DNA of 39,022 nucleotides, from the NCBI GenBank assembly GCA_032718475.1, contig JAUCBJ010006539.1, positions 1 to 39,022 on the forward strand. The letters run 5' to 3'. Positions 25,301 to 34,300 of this stretch are shown here, in pieces. The DNA comes from Nemertoderma westbladi. Lineage: Eukaryota > Animalia > Xenacoelomorpha. Positions within the stretch are counted from its first letter, which is position 1. Each line of letters starts with the position of its first letter. The notes below the pieces were generated by a model. The model worked only from the letters and a program-made list of their open reading frames with translations. It made no database searches and was not told where the DNA came from. Position numbers and translations under genes: made by a program.

Positions 25301-28300
25301 TTCCAAATTAACTGTTCGCTCGAATACGAATAGCTGTTAGGATTCCATGCGATAGTAGGCCTATACCAGTCGCAAGTAGAATTCCACGGAAAAATCAGCA
25401 AAGTATCTTGAATAATTAGCGTAAAACAAACAACATAAAACACAAGTCCGAAACCAGCCCACTGTTCCCCCCAATATATTTACCATATAAAATCACGTGA
25501 CCTGGTAAAGTGAAACACAATTTATTTTAGTGTTTGTCTTAATTTTAATGTTGAAAGATTTAGGAATGAATTGAAATAAATATAAGTATTATTACTACTA
25601 CCTATTATGTGAGAAACAAATATACCTATTCATTGTAAAATAAATGGAAATAACAACTCCGGTTCAAATCAAAGTAATATTATTCAATGACATTAAAGAT
25701 TTATTTTATCGACTAACTTTTTGACAAGGTCACGTGATTCGCGCGTGGAGAGAATTCCCCGATTCCGACGGCGTTTCGCGACGCCACTCTGAAGACATAC
25801 TCGCCGTCCGGTCGTAGTCCGTTGACGATTATTGCTGAACCTACAAATAACGCGGAGTGGAGATTTATCTAAAAGTGCAGTATATAGGCCTACATAAAAA
25901 TAGCTACCGCTACTATACTTGTAATAATAAGAATAATATCAAAAAATAAATAAACACGAGGAAACGAAACGAACCGGCTCTAAAATCTTTCTCCACCGCG
26001 GTTGTGAATCCGGGACCTTTGAAGCGGACGAGATAATGAGTTACGGGACGACCACCATCGAACGCAGGTGGGTCCCAATTCAGCGTCACTGCCGTGGGGC
26101 TGTTGTCTATGAATGAGATACCGGTAGGTGGGTTGGCCGGCACCGCTTCTACAAAGTGAAAGTAATTATTAACAATGTTGGATATTAAAGTAACTTATTT
26201 AAAATCTTTATTACTTTATTGTTTAAAACATTTCCAAAAGCTTTGCTCGCGTTTATATTACATTATATTACATGTATGACCAATAAGTTGAACACCAAAA
26301 GACTCTACAACATAATATAAGAGTTGCTCAATTTTCTCTCTAATTTTCACCCTCCTGGTTTGTCCACCCCTGACAAATGTTAAAAAACAGGCCATTGATA
26401 AATGTTTAAAAAACAGGCCATTGATAAATGTTTAAAAAACAGGCCATTGATAAATGTTTAAAAAACAGGCCATTGATAAATGTTTAAAAAACAGGCCATT
26501 GATAAATGTTTAAAAAACAGGCCATTGATAAATGTTTAAAAAACAGGCCATTGATAAATGTTTAAAAAACAGGCCATTGATAAATGTTTAAAAAACAGGC
26601 CATTGATAAATGTTTAAAAAACAGGCCATTGATAAATGTTTAAAAAACAGGCCATTGGTGACGTCACAGACACAATTAATTTCTGGGCGGTGTGAGCAGA
26701 ATTAGAATAGATATTCACTAACATTGATACTTTTAGGTTTTACTTCAAAGGTGAATTTTTTATTATCGCAGCCATAAAGTGGGTTCAAAGTACAGGGATA
26801 TATAATAATAACCGTTACAATTGTTGCGATATTGTTTGCTATTCGTAGAATATATCAAATAAAATATAAAGATTGGCATATTGGAAATGAGGAAGTTCAT
26901 AATAATATTTTATATAAAATGTATATGACCCATAGATCACTTATTATAGATTAGTTTGTCTGTAACACTAATTTTCCTAACAAATTTAGAATTCCCATAT
27001 AAATTATTTCAGTTATTTTTAAGACAGAAACCGTTTTCACGCGTCAAACTGACTAAAAATTGATATCACCGATCTGAAATTAATGATACTAAAATATTTT
27101 AAAGAAGAAAAAATATGAAACAATTATTAATTCATAATTGTTAAAAATTGTAATTATTGTGATTTAGTTGATGTTTTATTTCCAGTTATATAATTTCAAT
27201 AAACATTAAATATTATACTCTATTATAATATTAAATTTACCAGTAGTTTAATATCACCGTAGGAGAGTCTTAAAGTTTCATCAGTATAGTTGGCGACTAA
27301 AATTTTGTAAATAAATTTTCATGACATTAATAATAAGTTATTAATGTAATAAATAATATTGTAGATAAATTATTTTACAAAGTTTTTAATTAAAAAATGA
27401 TAATGTTTAGATGAACAAAGCCAGAGAAGTTATTATCCGACTAAATACAATGAGTAGGAAAGGAATGTTTCGTGGATTGGTTACCCAAACAACGGGTATG
27501 ACGTCACCAATCAACGAGGACGAACGTGACGTCACGCCGATAGTAACCAGCGACGAGATAAACAACCATCGGACGCCTAACCCGGGGTACACAACGGAGA
27601 CGGACGACGATCTGGTGACCTCGGGACCAGTGCGACACCTCCCGCAGGAACACGGCTGGACCTCGCTCGTAACCCCTAGCAACCCCAGCACCGGGACCTC
27701 CTGCAGGACCGGCTCTCGCAGCGGGGTCTCCTCCAGGTACCTGGAGCCTCCCGCCACGCCCCCGACCAAACAGGTTAGCAGCGGGACCTTCTACGACACG
27801 CAACCCGGGGACCAAGCGATGCGAGGAACGCGTTGCCCGGAAACCAACCACGTGGTCCGGCACTCCAGTCGCATACCCCGGTGGCTCTGGTTCGCCATAG
27901 CAATCACGGTGGGCGTGGGCCCGCGTCGCTACGTCGCCTACGTGCTGTCCGCCATCACCTTGGTTTCCTGTCTCGGTTTCCTATCGGTTTATGTAACTTA
28001 CCAAATCTACGATATAAAAAGTAATTACTCGAAACAAACATTAGTGGACGGGATGATCTCGATATCCTTAACAACGGTATGGGCCACCCTCGGTTTCTAT
28101 AGCAACCGCTTGTCTCACAGATTGTTTAACAACAGGAAGTTGGTGGAATCCTTCCGTCTTCACGCGAAAACTTTATTTAAAATCAATTCGGCGGTTTTAA
28201 CATTCGTTTTATTTATCGGTTTCGTTGTGGTCAGCAACTTCCGAGAGGCCCAGCTGTTCCACGACCAGGCAGTCTGCACCGAAGTCGGTCTCCCTGGGCG

Positions 28301-31300
28301 ACTGTGCACCGCTCTGTGGACTAGCAGGATCGCTTTCAGCGTTCTCTCCACCGCGTGGAACATCCTGGTCGCCTACGTGGTCCTCAGTGTGTGTCGCACC
28401 CACACGATCAGCATCCGCAGGTTCACCCGCGAATTGGAGCAGGATTCCATCGCGTTTGAGTACAACCGCAGGGTCGCGGCCGCCCGACTGCAAGCCACCC
28501 AACCCGAGGGATACCTCCAGGACAACGATCTAATCGAGTCGCAGATGTTCGACTGGGACGACGGGCCGCCGGGGAATCTCCTGCACGAGTTGCGAGCCGC
28601 CGGGATTCAGTACGACGCGGAATCCATAAGCGACTCCGAGCCGGGGGACAGAGCGGAACGCAGCAGTCCGGACGTCCTCTCGGTGAACAGCGTGGACTCG
28701 TCCGCGATGACCGCGACACTCCCGGTCCTCAACAACAAGGCGATCCTCTACAGCTACTGGCGGATCCAGTGCCGACTCCGCGCATCCTCCATCGCCTTCC
28801 AACGTTGGCTGATGTCCTGGATCGTTTTCATCACGGTTTGGTGTTTGCGGTACATCGTTTCGTGGATGACAGTCGACGCTACGGTCATCCAGATGGTGGA
28901 GTTCAGTCTCCCGTTGATGATGCTGCCGCTATTAACGTCGCCTCTAGCTGAGGTTAACAGCGAGGCCAAGAGAGTGGTTAAGGCAGTAGTTCCCATGGAG
29001 GATCGAATCTCCATGATAGCATACATGTCGAATACTGCCATAGAGATGACGATATTCGATATGCCCATAACATACCAGACAATGACTACCATAGCGGCGG
29101 CAGCCTGCGTGGCATTTTTCGCCAGAATGATTTTCTATGAAGTGAGCAATTAAACTCTCTCTGAAAAAATACTTGACATTATCGAACAAAAACATTAATC
29201 ATTTCTCGTAGAATAAGATTAATATCTTGTTAAAGGTGCCATTCGTCAGTGCAGTGGTGCGGAACCTGTGCTCTACTACTCTATGTCTGATCTGCTCTCA
29301 AGTCCCTCCTGTGGATGAGGCAATCATTACTCTAGATGGAAAATAATTATTCTACTATAATTTTATGTAGGTTACACAATGATGGATATGCAACACTATA
29401 AAGCAATAAGGTGCTATACAATTATGGCGGCACCTCATTTCTCTTTGCCAAAACTCTGTTTCGCCCTACATTCCACACTGTTTAGTTTAATGCTCATGTC
29501 CTGCTATCAGCCAATTCACAAACTCATGGAGGTCTTTCAAAAACGTTCACTTGCCGGCTGCTCAACGATGAACAGTTCCGTTTCTGGGTCTAGCGAGTGA
29601 TTATGAGTCATGTTCCTTATTTACTGTAACAGTAAACGGTATAAAACATCCATAAACCCATCTACATATAAGAGAGTTGTACATTAGTATGTGTGTTTAA
29701 GTAATGCGATATTAAACGGAATGTTTACCTGTAAGTTGCACGGTAAACGATGTCAGACCAACGGAATTTTGAGCCACGCAATTGTATTTGGTGTAATCAG
29801 CGATACTATTGGGTTTAACATCGAGGTAGCTAGTCGAATCAATCTATAAAATAATAAAGGAGAAAGTAATTAAAGTCCGAAGGCAGACGATTTGGTATCG
29901 GCGAATTAACAATGTCAATTATTATTGACTAGCGGAAAGATCAGGTTACAGCGGCATGTTATTCTAGCCCAAACAATTACCGAGAGTCAATGGTTGAGAA
30001 GGGAAATGAGCCTGTTACAGTTTCATTTTTGCTCTCAATCAGCTATTACATGCGCGGTTGCTTTTCCCATGAGTGTTTCCATTTTTGATTGCATCCAGAG
30101 AAAATCTGAGATTCCGAAATCACTAGAGATGTGGGAGGGGATTTGAAAGAGAGCAGCAGACAAATGTAGAGCACCCACGCCACGATATCCGTGGTATTGA
30201 ATTGCCACCAGTCCTTACCTGTTTCACGACATACCCCCTAGTGGTAAGGTCGTAATTTTCATTTCCTTCTGTGTACCACCTAATGGTCGCTTGGGGGTGC
30301 GCAACAAACGTACACGACATAGTTACAGTGTGGCCGTTCCACGAACTGTAAACCTTCTTATTGTTCTCGTCAATTATTGGTTTGACTATTAAAAACAAAA
30401 AGTACAAATAATTATAAAGTAAATTATAAGTAATTAAACAGGACTAAGGATGATCCAACTCCAATTATAAAGTAATGTTCCCCACAACCTCAGTGTTAAA
30501 TTGAATATATTCCGTAACTCAACGGTTAGATATAATAATTGGTGCATACTACAGTATAATTAATAGTAAGCCACAAAATAAATATATAAAATTATAAATG
30601 GCCTCATTAAGTATACCAGACTTTCAGCTGCTACTGTATATTTCAGTTTGCAGTTTTACCCCCATGGAAGAATACTAGTTTCACCAAAAGCGTCGGTTAC
30701 AGAAGTTTGTACATAACCTAACCAAAACAATAAACGAATTAGTATCTGTATAGTTTATATGATAGAAATAACCGCTATAAAAGCACTTAATTAATAATAT
30801 GAAGAAATATAAATAATACACATTCTTGACATATTAAATTGCAATAACATTTTAACCGAAAAGTGAAAACCTAATACTCTTCACATGGACGCTTAAACTT
30901 TTTATTTAATAATAAGTAACAAGAGTTCAGCACCCTTAAACTGTTATATCCTCAGACATCTTAATCCTATTTGGCCCGGGGGGGGGGGGGGGGGGGGTCA
31001 TTTAGAAATTTTATGTAATTCGTATCTTTTAGTCAGGTTTGTTGGTATTTCTACAGTATTTTTCGTGCTAACATTTTTTAAAAAGGTTTTATGGCTCACA
31101 AAAATAAATTTATTTTATTTTATTAATTTTAGGTTTTTTGGATGTTGATCACGATTATATAACTCAAATATAACATACGCGAAAAGTTTTGGTAATATTG
31201 AATGTGCCCGCTGGGCACGAAAAAAACAAGTAGTGCAAATATATGATACTGTAATGAAAAATCACCACAAAATCAAATTGTTTTTTTGACCATTTAAGTT

Positions 31301-34300
31301 TTTTGGGATGCTGATCACGAATAATGACACAGAAATACTGTATATCGTACCTTGTTATTAGGGCATTTTTGGATATGTGTCAAATATCAATACGTGGCAC
31401 GAAAAATACAAGGCGCACAAATTTGGTAATCAAAACTCATTACCAAATCAACCTGATTTTAAGACATTATGGGTTTTCTGGAACGCTGATAACGTATATG
31501 ACGCTCAAAAATTTCGTATTATCCAACCAAATAAAATATTTGCCGTTTGAAATTTCATCCTACTTTTATATTAAGTTCCACCAGACAAGCATCAACAAGT
31601 TGCGTTACCAAGAATAATTTTGAACGAGTTGTATCGTGATCAGCGGCCTTGAAAACCAGTATAGCTTCAGAATTTCAAAATCAATAAGCAAAATTTAACA
31701 GTTTGTAATTTTTTGCTACTTATTGTACATTTCTTTCTGGGGCACCAGAATGGCACCAAAAATGAGTTTGCATTACCAGAAATAACTAGTTTCTTTATAA
31801 CTATAGTTTCATCGTGATCAGCGACCTCGAAAACCCGTATACCTTTAGAATTATCAAACCGAAAACAACATTTTTTTGACTTGTAATTTTCGTCCTGGGG
31901 GACCAAAATAGCTCCAAAAATGATGGTTGAATTTCCAGAAAATATTTTTAACAAGTTTTATCGTGATTAGAGATTTATTTTTCAGCCAAGATCTAAACAT
32001 TTTTTAAATTTAATTTAATCTCCTAAACATGTCTGATATCTGATATACTTAAATAATTATGACATTGACTAACATTCAACCATAAGGTAAGTTGATTGTG
32101 TATGTTGGCCTCCAGGATTAGATGCGACGCAGTTATAGAACCCTCTGTCCTTGTAGGTGACTGGTTGGAACGACAGTGTGGCTATTCCCTCGTCTGTCTG
32201 TTCGTAGTGGATGGTATTGTGTTCGTTCTGAGAAGGTAAATCGTATTGGGGATTACAAAATAAATTATCCGCAATACTGTAATCTATAAACCGCCAAGGT
32301 CATAAAGTGTATATTAAATTAATAAAAAATAAAATTATTAAAATATCAAATATTATGTAACTCCGTAGGTATAGAAGGAGATAATGTAGAACTTTATAAG
32401 GCGGGTGAGAATTGTTTTTACGGCGTGTTTGAATTGTTTATTGGAACGGTAGTCATATCCACGGTAGTCATCCTGGACAACTATTGATGAATCCAACTGC
32501 ACATGCAGCATTGGACAAAATAAACCAAATCTCTAACCGCATCATCCGTTGCCACTTCTCATGTTCTGGAAGACTGGCTAAGAAGTTTCCTAAGGTGGTT
32601 CTGATTGTGTGCTACTCTCCAACTAGTGTTGCCCCTGTAGATGAGGTGGAAAATTTCGCCCTGGGTCTATAGCAATAGTGTTAACCGAAATTTCGTCCAT
32701 CTTCAGGATTTTATCTCTGGAAATGGATTGCTTTCGGCTGGAACCCAGTTCAAGTAGCGAACTGGAAAGCTATGGACTCATAGTGGACCCAGTGGTCACA
32801 AGTCCCAGATAGGCCTCATTACCGTTTATGTGGAAATGTCGATATCCCCAAACAAAACCATCTTTATGCGGTCGCAACCACCAACTATAGAAACACTAAA
32901 TATACTATACTACTGTATAACAATAGAGTGTAGTGAATTTAATGTTGAACTTCTAATTTTGAAGAAAAGTTTTTTTATAATAAATATTACCATTTGCGAA
33001 TAAATTACATGCTGTAGTGTAGTGTATCTAGGGGGGGGGGGGGGGGGGGGGGGGCATTAAAAAATATGGGGTCTTAAAATTACGTTTTTAAACAAATTAC
33101 AATTTATTATTTAAAGAGAGGAGATAATGGATTCCCGTTCAACTCCTGTATGTGGGGATGGGTGAGAAACGAACTGAATGAAAGCCTAGCTTTATCTTAT
33201 GTGGTTGTGGTTCTCTATACTTATTTTCCTGTAAATTTAACCCTATTGTTCTTAAATATTTTTTTTTAACAAAGACTGAACTCTGGCTTAAGAGATTCCC
33301 CCCCCCCCCCCCCCCTCTTTAAATGCGCCAGCTGAGCAAGTCTTAATAATCTATAATTTTGTAAGATATACAGTTCTTGACCATATAATTTAAACGCCTC
33401 GCAATAAAGTGCTAGATTAGAGGTCTTGAAGTTAATAATTTTTTGGGCCCATGTGAAGAATACCAGACATTATCCCGAAGAATACCAGGTTTTCACCAAA
33501 AGCACAGGTTACAAAAGGGCTGAATCTAACCAAAACAATAAACGAATTAGTATATGTACAGGTTAAAAGACAGAAATAAGCGCTATAAAACACTTAATAA
33601 TAAAGATAAATTTAAAAAAAATGAAAAATCTTCATATATAAAATTCCAATAAAAAGTCGACCGAAAAGTGAAATCCTGGTATTCTTCACATGGGCAATTT
33701 TTTTTCTAATGATATATTGAATTCAAAAAAAACAAATCAAACCAAAAAGTTGGCCAAAGAGGGAGGCGAATCGAAGGCTCCTCTCCCATCTGCTACCCGA
33801 AGGTAGGGGTGGGAGCTACTCCTATCTGCTACCCGAAGGTAGGGGTGGGCGCTAATCCTATCTGCTACCCGTGGGTAGGGGTGGGTGCTACTCCTATCTG
33901 CTACCCGAAGGTAGGGGTGGGCGCTACTACTATCTGCTACCCGAAGGTAGGGGTGGGCGCTACTCCTATCTGCTACCCGTGGGTAGGAGTGGGCGCTACT
34001 CCTATCTGCTACCCGAAGGTAGGGGTGGGCGCTACTACTATCTGCTACTCGAAGGTAGGGGTGGGCGCTACTCCTATCTGCACCCAAAGGTAGGGGTGGG
34101 CTCTACTCCCATCTGCTACCCGAAGGTAGGGGTGGGCGCTACTCCTATCTGCTACCCGTGGGTAGGAGTGGGCGCTACTCCTATCTGCTACCCGAAGGTA
34201 GGGGTGGGCGCTACTCCTATCTGCTACCCGAAGGTAGGGGTGGGCGCTACTACTATCTGCTACCCGAAGGTAGGGGTGGGCGCTACTCCTATCTGCTACC

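Noticed and set aside
27407-29195. Short overlapping and antisense ORFs in the GC-rich block
   Set aside because: Shadow frames of the 580-aa plus-strand gene, with no Ig/FN3 character; the NCAM exons on either side already join in phase.
33015-33334. Poly-G and poly-C runs as a regulatory G-quadruplex element
   Set aside because: More simply explained as the decayed ends of a small inverted-repeat element; homopolymer lengths are also unreliable.
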